A DNA stretch of 64,000 nt from an uncultured delta proteobacterium. GTDB taxonomy: Bacteria; Desulfobacterota; Syntrophobacteria; Syntrophobacterales; Syntrophobacteraceae. The translations under genes were made by a program, and so were the position numbers. The DNA lies in assembly GCA_963795045.1 (NCBI GenBank), contig CAWCGB010000008.1:371308-435307 (forward strand), read 5' to 3'. The notes below the pieces were generated by a model, which saw only the letters and a list, made by a program, of their open reading frames with translations, searched no databases and was not told the origin of the DNA. Shown in pieces: positions 1 through 8,966 of this stretch; position 1 is the stretch's first letter; each line of letters opens with the position of its first letter.

Positions 1-234
1 TGATTCTTGCCCTCCCTGTTGGAATATGGATTTACGGTTAAATCCAAAGAAATAATGGAGGAAAACCTTGAAGGAAAAAGCTGTAGTCACCGCGGCGATT
101 ACCAACGCAAAGGAGCATTCATCATAAAAAGACTAGATTCTAAATTCGATCGGACCTTAATGTAATGATGTGCGAAACCATTAGGTCTGCGCTTCGTGAG
201 TGGGTCAAAACAATTCGACGAAAGGAAGAGGCAA

Positions 235-1275
235 ATGAGAAAACATCAGTCTACTTTAGCTATTACAATGACGGTGGTGTTCATGTTTATCGCTGTGGTT
301 GGGGGCATAGGTACTGCGCTGGCGGCTCCAGCATTGATACATAATGACACTACGATGACTCCCAGTCCAATTCCGGAGAATGAGAGGAATCTTCCTACTG
401 TTGTTGCCGAGCCGTATTTTAAAGTCTCTGATAAGGGCCTCCAATTGGAAGGCCCGGTGTTTGACCGCAATGGAAATCTTTTTTTTGTTGATGTTTGGAG
501 CGGCAGTGTATTTAAACTTACACCGGATAAAAAGTTATCAACTGTCCTCGGCCCGAACAAGCTTGGGTCGGCCGGGCTTGCTATTCATAAAGACGGTCGG
601 ATTTTCATTGCTTGTTTAGGGGATTTCAAAGTAGGCAGTGTAGTGGCGATCAAACCTGATGGGTCCGGGATGCAGACCATTATTCCGACGAGCGCAGGTT
701 ATCTGGTGGATGATCTGGTGTTTGACGACAAAGGCGGCTTTTACTTTACTGACTTCCATGGCAGTGCAACTAATCCCACAGGCGGAGTTTATTATGTTTC
801 GCCGCCGGATTATAAAACTATTACTCCCATTTTGCCTAATATGGCTATTGCCAACGGTGTTGCGCTGAGCCCCGATGGAAAAACCCTCTGGACAGACGAA
901 ACGGCCGGGAACAGGTTGTTCAGGGTGTCGCTGGCTGACGCAACTACTATTGCTCCGTTTGGCACGTCTATACCCTATCGTTTCACCGGCTGTCTCGGTC
1001 CCGACTCGATGCGCGTCGACAGCGAGGGCAACGTTTATGTGGCGATTTACGACCAGGGCAGATATCTGGTATTCAATAAAGACGGTAATCCAATAGGCCA
1101 GATTTTGCTTCCCGGCAGAGATAAAGGGCACAATATGCGTTCAACCAGTATGGCTATCAAGCCGGGTTCCAACGACATGTATGTTGTAACCAATGACGGG
1201 GATGGTGGTGAAGGTGCGCAGATATTTACCTGCAAGGCTTTTGGTAAAGGACTCTATTATTTCGGTCTTAAGTAA
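235..1275 (+). CDS. SMP-30/gluconolactonase/LRE-like beta-propeller protein with N-terminal membrane anchor or signal
   Basis: ORF 196..1275. A hydrophobic N-terminal segment (LAITMTVVFMFIAVVGGIGTALA) is followed by propeller-type motifs (NGNLFFVD, ANGVALSPDGKTLW, DSEGNVYVA). ATG 235 has AGGAAGAGG just upstream, so it is preferred over GTG 196. Confidence 0.6.
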   Translation: MRKHQSTLAITMTVVFMFIAVVGGIGTALAAPALIHNDTTMTPSPIPENERNLPTVVAEPYFKVSDKGLQLEGPVFDRNGNLFFVDVWSGSVFKLTPDKKLSTVLGPNKLGSAGLAIHKDGRIFIACLGDFKVGSVVAIKPDGSGMQTIIPTSAGYLVDDLVFDDKGGFYFTDFHGSATNPTGGVYYVSPPDYKTITPILPNMAIANGVALSPDGKTLWTDETAGNRLFRVSLADATTIAPFGTSIPYRFTGCLGPDSMRVDSEGNVYVAIYDQGRYLVFNKDGNPIGQILLPGRDKGHNMRSTSMAIKPGSNDMYVVTNDGDGGEGAQIFTCKAFGKGLYYFGLK

Positions 1276-1289
1276 CATTAAAGGGCCGC

Positions 1290-1391
1290 GTGATCCAAGA
1301 GCGGGCTCATGCACTCATTAGTATAGCGCATCCTGACTATAGAGAGGAACTTCGCGAGGAGGCTAAGAAACTGACTTTGCTTTTATTATAG
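1290..1391 (+). pseudogene. C-terminal fragment of an acetyl-CoA hydrolase/transferase-family gene
   Basis: Translates to VIQERAHALISIAHPDYREELREEAKKLTLLLL*. This aligns with the C-terminus of the intact CoA-transferase at 7347..8657 (EERAAALISIAHPKFRDQLRYEYKLL). No upstream coding continuation exists. Confidence 0.6.
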
Positions 1392-1789
1392 TGATTGTCG
1401 TAGAACGACCCCCAATCGCCGCTTGGTGATCCGTAAGTCCGGTCAGTGATCGGGCGAGCTGCCCACCGTCAACTTTGCAGTTGAGTCGTTTTCATCCTGT
1501 TGGCCGAAGCGTTCGGCGACTTATCATTTCCTGCGAGCTTACTCGATAGGAATTTGCCAAAAGAAGTCGAACGCTTCGGATACCTAATCCGGAGGGTGGT
1601 TTACCCCCATGTACGCATACCTTACACCCAGCGAGTTTCTCCCAGTAAGACTTCTGTTCGGGCTGTGTTTGCTTGGGGCTCTTTACCTTTTCGCAACACG
1701 CGTGAAATTTCTGTTCCAGGTCTTGCGTATCGGCGTCCATGATCCAAGACCTCGATTCGGCATCCCCGGCAAGAGGGTCATGAGCGTGC

Positions 1790-2053
1790 CGACGTACGTG
1801 TTCGGGCCGAAGCGCGTTCTGATGTTTCGGGGAGGTCTCGGGCACTTCCGGCTGAGAATTATCGCCAAGATACGTCTGCCCTTCAGGGGGTCATGGCCAC
1901 AGAGTTCGCCACGTTTTTGAGAAAATCCTTGAACGCGTCCGGTTTGATATCCCAACGGTTGGAGATGAGGCTCAAGTAGCCCTATTCTCCGCCTCGCCGG
2001 AATCCGGCCGGATTACAGGTCAAATCTTAGGAGTCGTTTTGTTTCTGTGCTAA
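1790..2053 (+). pseudogene. Decayed short-chain dehydrogenase/reductase remnant (frameshifted C-terminal part)
   Basis: Two frames read GVMATEFATF and FEKILERVRFDIPTVGDEAQVALFSASPESGRITGQILGV. Together they parallel the SDR C-terminus PGVIETEM...MGQPEDVANAVCFLASDEASFITGVEL of ORF 5190..5930. There is no intact ORF. The left boundary is approximate. Confidence 0.4.
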
Positions 2054-2103
2054 CGTGAAAAACCGAGTTGCTGGAAGAGTAGAAAGAAAAGATGGAGTGA
2101 AAT

Positions 2104-2289
2104 ATGAACGACGCGTGGCTTAATGGATGGAAACAAATCGCCGCTTTTATGGGTTGCTCGGTCGACACTGCTAAGAGATATAAGAAAAGATTTGGCTTGC
2201 CGGTCAAATATCTTCCTTCGGGAAGGCCTGCAGCAGTAAAAGAAGAATTGCAGATGTGGCTATGCAAAAGCAATGAAGAAAGTCGTTAA
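2104..2289 (+). CDS. Small helix-turn-helix DNA-binding protein (excisionase/AlpA-like)
   Basis: 61-aa ORF. WLNGWKQIAAFMGCSVDTAKRYKKRFGLPV resembles excisionase-type HTH proteins. It sits next to IS debris. Confidence 0.45.
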   Translation: MNDAWLNGWKQIAAFMGCSVDTAKRYKKRFGLPVKYLPSGRPAAVKEELQMWLCKSNEESR

Positions 2290-2467
2290 AGGACAACAAG
2301 TGAACGAATACGCCAGTGACAAAAGGAAGTCGGGCCTGGGCTCGATCAGATGCAGTAAACAATAGAGAGGTTCCCGAGAAGATGAGCCGAGTAAATTAAT
2401 CACGGTTCTTCCGGACGTCTCTCAGATTTGAGATTTACGGTAATATACCAGCGCTGGAGCAACGACT

Positions 2468-3050
2468 ATGAAACGTTACCACATCCGGCTTACAGATGAG
2501 GAACGCAGAGAACTTAAATGCCTGGTTGAGAACGGGCGCAAATTGGCCAGGAAAATTACACGCGCTCGCATTTTGTTGCTTGCCGACGGTACATTAAAAA
2601 CAGATAAGGAGATTGCAGAAGTACTCCAAATTTGCACCATGACAGTGCGCAATGTATGTAAACGCTTTTTCAACGAAAACTCTATCAACAACAGCTTAGA
2701 TGACAAACCACGGTCTGGAAAACCTCTTAAGCTTGACGGTCTAACGTCGACACACATTACGGCTCTTGCCTGTTCGGAGCCGCCCGAAGGTCGAGAGCGT
2801 TGGACACTGCGCATGCTGGCTGATAAAGCGGTGGAACTTGATTTAGTCGACTCGATATCTCATGAGAGCGTACGAAAGCTCTTAAAAAAAACGAATTGAA
2901 ACTGTACCTGAAAAAAGGTTAATGCATTGGCATAATAACACCGGAATTTGTGTGACACATGGAAGATGTGCCCCACGAATATGAACAGCCTTATGACTCA
3001 ATATATCCGAAGATCACTTTCGATGAATGTCCTTGCCAATCAATAGGGTC
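2468..3050 (+). pseudogene. IS630-family transposase remnant (HTH part intact as ORF 2468..2899, catalytic part lost)
   Basis: The 143-aa ORF is homologous to orfA of the intact IS630 at 17059 (ALACSEPPEGRERWTLRMLADKAVEL vs ALACSESPEGRRRWTVRLLAEKAVEL). The A-run is at 2884-2891. The shifted frame reads KNELKLYLKKG*CIGIITPEFV*HMEDVPHEYEQPYDSIYPKITFDECPCQSIG with in-frame stops, and homology ends before any DDE motif. Confidence 0.8.
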
Positions 3051-3613
3051 TAGTGAAACCCATCCCGATATAGCATCGGTAAAGTCAAAGTAAGTCATGT
3101 CACCTCCTGTATGCTGTTATGCCCCCCCTTTGCCTTGTGTTTGCCATCTTCCAATATGAGTTGGAATGCATCATCATGATCCCTGTAATGTCTCGGAGCC
3201 TGTTAATTTCAGCTTCATTATGAACATGAAACCACATACTCAGTGATGCGGGCGTTGGTCGTCGTCTGAAGGATCTGGTTTTATAGACTGAACTGTGCGG
3301 GCCGTCAATAGTGATGTTGGACAGCTTCATTATATCGAGTCAGCCATCAAACGCAACACTACGAGGTTGCTTTTCAGGGACTGATGGCACGGCGCGTCAT
3401 TTCCGGCATCGGTTTGACATCTGTTTGAAGCCGGCTTTTGTCAGTGGTTTTCGATTCTGCGGGCGATCGACCGATGTGCGGAGTTGAAAGGGGGTGGTGC
3501 TCGGAGAGATGGTTGCCCTCAAGCAGGGCGGATATCAGAGCAGTTTGAGGGGCTCGGATTTAGTGCTCTGTGATGAAGGATCACTACTTTTTTCACAATT
3601 AAGGGGGGAAGAG

Positions 3614-4564
3614 ATGAAGAAATTTCTATTGACATTGTTTGTAGTCGTGGCAGCGGCGGTGCTGGTTGCCCCTGCTTTCGCAACGGAGCTGTGGGATCCC
3701 CACCTTCGCGGCGTAGACGAAGGATTGGCTGCCGGGGCGCTCCCGCCTCCAGGCCTTTATTTCGTCCACGACTCTTATTTTAACCCGTCCCTTTTGGGCT
3801 ATGGGCCGACTCAAGGCGCAGCGATCGACCATGCGAATCCCGGCGTTAGGATCTTCGCTTACGTTGATATTCCCATTCTGCTGTGGGTCCCCGGATGTAA
3901 GTTTCTAGGCGCGGATTATGGTGTGGCAATAGCTCAGCCGTTCGATTACACGGTCCTGAGAACAGGGTTTCCCCCTGGTGCCGGTACCGCTGGAGCCCAA
4001 TGGGGAATTTTTAATACCATTTTCATTCCGTACATTTTGTCGTGGCGCCTCCCCTGTGATTTCCACGTCAAGACCGCTTTTGCTGTAGCTGTAGACGATT
4101 CAACGACTTCTCCCGGGAGCAGCAATTCAGCGGGCGTAGCTGCATCCGGCAACGGCACCTATATGTTTACCCCGCAAGTCGGAATTAGCTGGCTGCATGC
4201 CGGCTGGAACGTGAGCGCCGAGTTTTTCTACTCTTTCCAAACCGAAAACAACACCACCCACTACCAGTCGGGCGATCAGTTTGCGGCTGACTACACTGTT
4301 GCCTATACCTGTGGCAAATGGACGTTTGGGGTCGGCGCAGCAGAGGAAAATCAGCTCTTTAACGATCAATGGACGCCCGTCGTTGGGGGACCGATGGTAA
4401 CCCGTGGCAACTCCATAGCTTGGGCCTGGAGCGCCGGTCCGCTCGTCGGCTACAATTTCGGTCCTTGCAGCCTGATGTTCACGTACAATTTCCCGGTTGG
4501 TGCCAACAACGAGGTTGGCGGCTCATGGTTTAACTTATGCCTCGTTGTTCCGCTCTGGAAATAA
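3614..4564 (+). CDS. Outer-membrane beta-barrel channel of the MetA-pathway/phenol-degradation-like transporter type
   Basis: ORF 3494..4564. ATG 3614 is preceded by AAGGGGGGAAGAG. Signal peptide MKKFLLTLFVVVAAAVLVAPAFA. The protein has aromatic/Gly-rich alternating beta-strand character. The N-terminal ELWDPHLRGVDEGLAAGALPPPGLYF matches my memory of that family. Confidence 0.6.
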   Translation: MKKFLLTLFVVVAAAVLVAPAFATELWDPHLRGVDEGLAAGALPPPGLYFVHDSYFNPSLLGYGPTQGAAIDHANPGVRIFAYVDIPILLWVPGCKFLGADYGVAIAQPFDYTVLRTGFPPGAGTAGAQWGIFNTIFIPYILSWRLPCDFHVKTAFAVAVDDSTTSPGSSNSAGVAASGNGTYMFTPQVGISWLHAGWNVSAEFFYSFQTENNTTHYQSGDQFAADYTVAYTCGKWTFGVGAAEENQLFNDQWTPVVGGPMVTRGNSIAWAWSAGPLVGYNFGPCSLMFTYNFPVGANNEVGGSWFNLCLVVPLWK

Positions 4565-4590
4565 GTTGCTGTACGATCTAAAGTACCGAG

Positions 4591-4613
4591 GTTGCGCCCT
4601 TAATGGGCGCAAC
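4591..4613 (+). terminator. GC-rich hairpin after the OMP gene
   Basis: GTTGCGCCC-TTAAT-GGGCGCAAC, a perfect 9-bp stem 27 nt after the stop codon. Confidence 0.5.
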
Positions 4614-4622
4614 TGATGTCAG

Positions 4623-4666
4623 CAAAAAGAGACAGTGTAAGTTAATACTTACACTGTCTCTTTTTG
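4623..4666. terminator. Perfect long palindrome flanked by an A-run and a T-run (bidirectional intrinsic terminator)
   Basis: CAAAAAGAGACAGTGTAAGT-TAAT-ACTTACACTGTCTCTTTTTG, a perfect palindrome (20-bp arms). The flanking A5/T5 give a U-tract on either strand. Confidence 0.6.
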
Positions 4667-5189
4667 CTTGATTTCACCAGCCGCATCCGCCTCAGATGGC
4701 AGCCTTAAAAAACGTGTGTCATTATATACTTACACATTGGTGATTGAGATTATGGCCTGAATTGAGCAAGGCGCGAACTAGCGAATTACCAGCCCGACTG
4801 GTCTTTTCATCTCGAGGGAAGCCGCGACTCCTCTCTTGCCCAGTTGTGGCGTGGTTTTTGCTCTTTAACTCTTCTGAGCCCGTTCACAGATTCCCGGATA
4901 ATATCACGGATATGTTTCGGGTTAACTCATAAGCAGTCTTATCCGGATATCTTTGTCCCTTGTCGTATTCAAAACCATCATTGGATTCGAGATCATGGTG
5001 ATCCATTAGGCAACAGGTATTTTATAAAGATGGCGATGCACCTTGTCCCGCTAAATCGGGCGACACTTCCAGCTCCATAGTTCAAAGGGAATGGCGACAA
5101 GAAGTACGGCACGGAATTGGAAGTGTTGTCTTTCGCGGTTTTCAGTTTCAAAAATGACAATATTACTAGCGATGAGGAGAATGAACATC

Positions 5190-5930
5190 ATGAGATTTAA
5201 GAATGAGGTTGCATTAATTACTGGAGCAGGCCGCGGTATAGGCGCAGCAATAGCCCGTAAATTGTTTACAGAAGGATGCAGCATTGTTGTTCTTGACATC
5301 GATGAAACGACTGCGCGTAATTGTGTGCACTCTATTGATCCTGCTAGTAACGGCAGCTTAGCGCTTTCGTGCGATGTAAGTAACAAAGACTCCGTTAACC
5401 AGGCTGTATCGAAACTTATAGAAAAGTGTGGAACAGTAGACATACTGGTGAACAATGCCGGCATAACACGAGATGCCATGTATCATAAAATGTCTTACGA
5501 GCAATGGCACGATGTCATTAACGTCAATCTGACCGGGACCTTTTTGATGACAAATGCTGTGGTGCCATATATGCGTGAGAAGAAACAAGGACGAATAATC
5601 AACATTTCGTCAGTTTCCGCCTATGGCATGATAGGGCAGACTAATTATGCTGCGTCAAAAGCTGGGATAATTGGCATGACAAAGAGTCTGGCAAAAGAAC
5701 TGGGACAGTATAACATTACTGCAAATGTTATTGAGCCTGGCGTAATAGAGACGGAAATGCTGAAAAACGTGCCCCAATCTATAAAAGATGGTTGGCTTAA
5801 AGTGATGCCCTTAGCCCGTATGGGGCAACCGGAGGACGTGGCTAATGCCGTTTGTTTTTTGGCTTCGGACGAAGCAAGTTTCATTACCGGGGTGGAACTG
5901 CCTGTTTGTGGTGGGTTCTTGATTATTTAG
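5190..5930 (+). CDS. Short-chain dehydrogenase/reductase (3-oxoacyl/3-hydroxyacyl reductase, FabG-like)
   Basis: ORF 5091..5930. Contains TGAGRGIG, NNAG and YAASKAG motifs. ATG 5190 follows GAGGAGA with about 9 nt spacing. Confidence 0.85.
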   Translation: MRFKNEVALITGAGRGIGAAIARKLFTEGCSIVVLDIDETTARNCVHSIDPASNGSLALSCDVSNKDSVNQAVSKLIEKCGTVDILVNNAGITRDAMYHKMSYEQWHDVINVNLTGTFLMTNAVVPYMREKKQGRIINISSVSAYGMIGQTNYAASKAGIIGMTKSLAKELGQYNITANVIEPGVIETEMLKNVPQSIKDGWLKVMPLARMGQPEDVANAVCFLASDEASFITGVELPVCGGFLII

Positions 5931-6003
5931 ACAGTTCCGACAGAAATAGAATTCACGAAACGCTATAAACTCATTAAATCACAGTGGCAGGAGAGATTTG
6001 GAA

Positions 6004-7296
6004 ATGAGTGACAATTTTGAAGAGGTTGTTGTTGTAAGTGCAGTTAGAACGCCCTTTGGTAAATTCGGGGGTTTGATGAAGGATATTGATATCTATGATT
6101 TAGGATCGATAGCGATGAAAGCATCGGTCGAAAGAATAGGATTGCATCCAGCAGTGATTGACGAAGTATGGTGGGGATGTGGCGATACCACAAACTGTAA
6201 AGATCCATTTACGCCGGTCGTGGCACGACAATCGTTAATAAAAGCTGGATTGACTGTTACTACACCCTCAATAACCTTGGATAAAGCTTGCGTTTCGGGA
6301 ATGTCGGCAGCTTACTATGCCATGAGTAGAATAAAATCCGGAGAGGTGCGCGCTGTTCTAACAGGGGGCGCGACCAGTTTCAGCACAGTGCCGTATCTGG
6401 CGCGAAATATGAGGTGGCAAGGACACAAGGCAGGCGGCTTTAAACTGGAAGACCCACTTTTCCCTCTTGGCTATAAAGACTTTGCTCCTGTATCTGTCGA
6501 CTCCGGCAATGTTGCTGTCAGGTACAAGGTTTCGCGAGAAGAACAGGATGAATTTGCATGGAATAGCCACCAGAAATACGGCAAGGCATATGCTGCTGAT
6601 TTTTTCAAAACAGAAATGGTACCGTTGGATATTACCACTAAGACAGGGAAAAAAGCTGAAACCGTTCGTTTGGATATCGATGAACAATATCGGCCTAATG
6701 TGACATTAGCAGATTTGGCGAAGCTCCAAACTATTTTTGGCAATCCAACCGTTACTGCGGGCAATGCACCTGGACTAAATGACGGGGCAACTGCGCAGAT
6801 TCTTATGGCCGGAAGTATGGCCAATGACCTCGGTCTTGAACCGCTTTATACGATTGTTGATATGTGCTCGATAGCGACAAACGCAGATTTACTGCCGGTA
6901 GCACCAGCGCTTGCCATTAAGAAGTGTTTAAATAAATTGAAAATGTCAATAGACGAGATGGATATTTTGGAGATTAACGAGGCCTTTGCGTGCGTTCCCT
7001 TAGTTTCATGTAAACTGCTTTCCTGTAGCACCTTTATCGAGAGAAAATATGAAGACGTAATAAGTAAGATCGACAATTACCCCTTAGACAGTTTCAGTGA
7101 AGTCAAATACAAACAGCTTATTGAAAAGCTGAATGTTAATGGAGGTGCGATTGCTGTCGGACACGCGAATACTGCCAGCGGCGCTCGTATCATGATGACC
7201 GCTGCGGCCGAATTGAAACGGCGTGGGGGTGGAGTGGCCGCTTGCGCGATTTGTGGCGGTCTTACACAAGGGGATGCTTGTATAATACGAGTTTAA
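6004..7296 (+). CDS. Thiolase (acetyl-CoA C-acyltransferase family) with an internal insertion
   Basis: ORF 5998..7296. Has VSAVRTPFGKFGG, nucleophile DKACVSGMSA, NVNGGAIAVGHA and CAICGG. ATG 6004 is 8 nt after GGAGAG. Confidence 0.85.
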   Translation: MSDNFEEVVVVSAVRTPFGKFGGLMKDIDIYDLGSIAMKASVERIGLHPAVIDEVWWGCGDTTNCKDPFTPVVARQSLIKAGLTVTTPSITLDKACVSGMSAAYYAMSRIKSGEVRAVLTGGATSFSTVPYLARNMRWQGHKAGGFKLEDPLFPLGYKDFAPVSVDSGNVAVRYKVSREEQDEFAWNSHQKYGKAYAADFFKTEMVPLDITTKTGKKAETVRLDIDEQYRPNVTLADLAKLQTIFGNPTVTAGNAPGLNDGATAQILMAGSMANDLGLEPLYTIVDMCSIATNADLLPVAPALAIKKCLNKLKMSIDEMDILEINEAFACVPLVSCKLLSCSTFIERKYEDVISKIDNYPLDSFSEVKYKQLIEKLNVNGGAIAVGHANTASGARIMMTAAAELKRRGGGVAACAICGGLTQGDACIIRV

Positions 7297-7346
7297 GAGC
7301 AAGTAAAACTACTATTAAAATCACCTTACCAAAAGGGGAATTGTAA

Positions 7347-8657
7347 ATGAGTTGGCATAAAATTTATAAAGAACGGCTGACGACTCCTGATGAAGCCGTA
7401 AAAATCGTAAAATCGGGCAACCGTGTTGTTCCCGGGCACGCTGCAAGTGAGTCAAAATTGTTGATCGATGCATTGCTGAAAAGAGCATCAGAACTGCAGA
7501 GTGTTGAAATATGGCAAGGGGTGACCATAAGCAACGCACCTTATTGCAGTGCGGAAATGAAGGACCATTTTATCGTTAATAGTGTGTTTGCCAGTCCCGG
7601 CACCCGTGAGGCTATATGGGACAACCGGGGACATTTTTCGTCTTTAATGTTTCATCATTTTCCTAAAGCCTTCCGTGAAAAAATTATACCGGTCGATGTT
7701 TTTATCACTATGGTATCGCCGCCGGATCTCCACGGATATTGCAGTCTGGGCGTTTCTGTTGATCACTCCCGGCAGCTCATCGAAAGTGCGAAAACTGTCA
7801 TTGCTGAGGTCAATCCCAATATGCCCAGGACTTATGGAGATACATTCGTTCATGTCTCGCAATTTGACTATATAGTGGAAGGAAACGGTCCAATTCTGGA
7901 GTTGACTCGATTTGCTCAGAAAAGCGTTATCCTGGATAAGATTGGGGAAAATGTCGCCTCGATGGTCAGAGATGGGGATACATTGCAAATGGGAGCGGGT
8001 ATGCTTCCAGATGCGATCCTGTCCTACTTGAATGTAAAAAATGACCTGGGGATTCATACCGAGGTGGTGTCCGACGGTCTGATCGAACTCATTGAAGCCG
8101 GCATTGTCAACTGTAGAAATAAAACTCTTCACCCTCACCAAGTTGTGGCGACTTTCGTGTATGGTACTAGAAAAATGTATGACTATGTGGATAATAATCC
8201 ATTTTTCACTCTTTATCCAGTTGACTATGTTAACAATCCATTCGTTATAAGCCGTAATGACAATATGGTGTCGATTAATTCCGCATTGGAAGTGGACCTG
8301 CTGGGGCAGGTAGCCGCCGAGTCTCTTGGGCCTAAACAGTTCAGTGGCATTGGCGGTCAGCTCGACTTCGTTAGAGGGGCTGCAGCCGCAAGAAATGGGC
8401 GAGCTATTATCACCGTGCAATCGACGGCTCAAAAGGACACGGTTTCGAGAATATCTTGTCAGTTAAAGCCCGGAACGCCTGTTACAACCACCAGATATGA
8501 TGTCCGTTATGTAGTTACTGAATATGGTATTGCCGATTTATATTGCAAAACAAATGAAGAAAGAGCAGCAGCGCTGATCTCTATCGCTCATCCGAAGTTT
8601 CGTGACCAGCTACGATACGAATATAAGTTGCTATATGGAGTTGCGTTACCCGGCTGA
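7347..8657 (+). CDS. Acetyl-CoA hydrolase/transferase family protein (4-hydroxybutyrate/butyryl-CoA:acetate CoA-transferase-like)
   Basis: 436 aa. Motifs are typical of the family (LQMGAGMLPDAIL, GIHTEVVSDG, SINSALEVDLLGQVAAES, GIGGQLDF). RBS AAAAGGGGA. Confidence 0.85.
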   Translation: MSWHKIYKERLTTPDEAVKIVKSGNRVVPGHAASESKLLIDALLKRASELQSVEIWQGVTISNAPYCSAEMKDHFIVNSVFASPGTREAIWDNRGHFSSLMFHHFPKAFREKIIPVDVFITMVSPPDLHGYCSLGVSVDHSRQLIESAKTVIAEVNPNMPRTYGDTFVHVSQFDYIVEGNGPILELTRFAQKSVILDKIGENVASMVRDGDTLQMGAGMLPDAILSYLNVKNDLGIHTEVVSDGLIELIEAGIVNCRNKTLHPHQVVATFVYGTRKMYDYVDNNPFFTLYPVDYVNNPFVISRNDNMVSINSALEVDLLGQVAAESLGPKQFSGIGGQLDFVRGAAAARNGRAIITVQSTAQKDTVSRISCQLKPGTPVTTTRYDVRYVVTEYGIADLYCKTNEERAAALISIAHPKFRDQLRYEYKLLYGVALPG

Positions 8658-8681
8658 ATTAACAATATTAGTGACACTTAA

Positions 8682-8852
8682 AAAGGCCACATCGGGTTAA
8701 TTCTCGAAGGCAGCCTTGAGGTTGACTTCAGGGGCGACGTAGTCATATATCACAAGGCGGAGGGGATCTTCATCTCTCCCGGACCGGACAGCGCGCACAA
8801 AGCTCACTCCCTCACGACGGTTGCGCAGTTGGTGCCGGTCGAAGGTGTATAA
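8682..8852 (+). pseudogene. 5'-truncated paralog of the cupin gene (last 56 codons only)
   Basis: Reads KGHIGLILEGSLEVDFRGDVVIYHKAEGIFISPGPDSAHKAHSLTTVAQLVPVEGV*. By manual alignment about 155 of 171 nt are identical to 9111..9281. A TAA lies immediately upstream at 8679-8681. Confidence 0.8.
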
Positions 8853-8870
8853 TACGGAATTGCGTTCAAG
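8850..8870 (+). repeat. Solo copy of the IS110-element left inverted repeat
   Basis: TAATACGGAATTGCGTTCAAG matches 52061..52081 at 20 of 21 positions. Its first three bases are the stop codon of the cupin fragment. Confidence 0.7.
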
Positions 8871-8966
8871 ACCGGGCGTGGATGACGCCCCTGCAGCTTA
8901 TTGCCTGCGGCCTGCAGCTTCCGTCAACTCGCTCAGCGCCAACGTCCGGCCATGGGGAGTTCAGTT

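Noticed and set aside
1492-1955. Minus-strand ORFs of 117 and 90 aa in the 1.4-2.0 kb region
   Set aside because: They show no motifs and overlap each other. The region is better explained as decayed + strand SDR sequence.
3100-3330. 76-aa minus-strand ORF beside the IS630 remnant
   Set aside because: No RBS and no recognisable domain. It lies in apparent debris. Coding cannot be excluded, but it is unsupported.
7644-8432. 262-aa minus-strand ORF
   Set aside because: It is antisense to the CoA-transferase and has no motifs.
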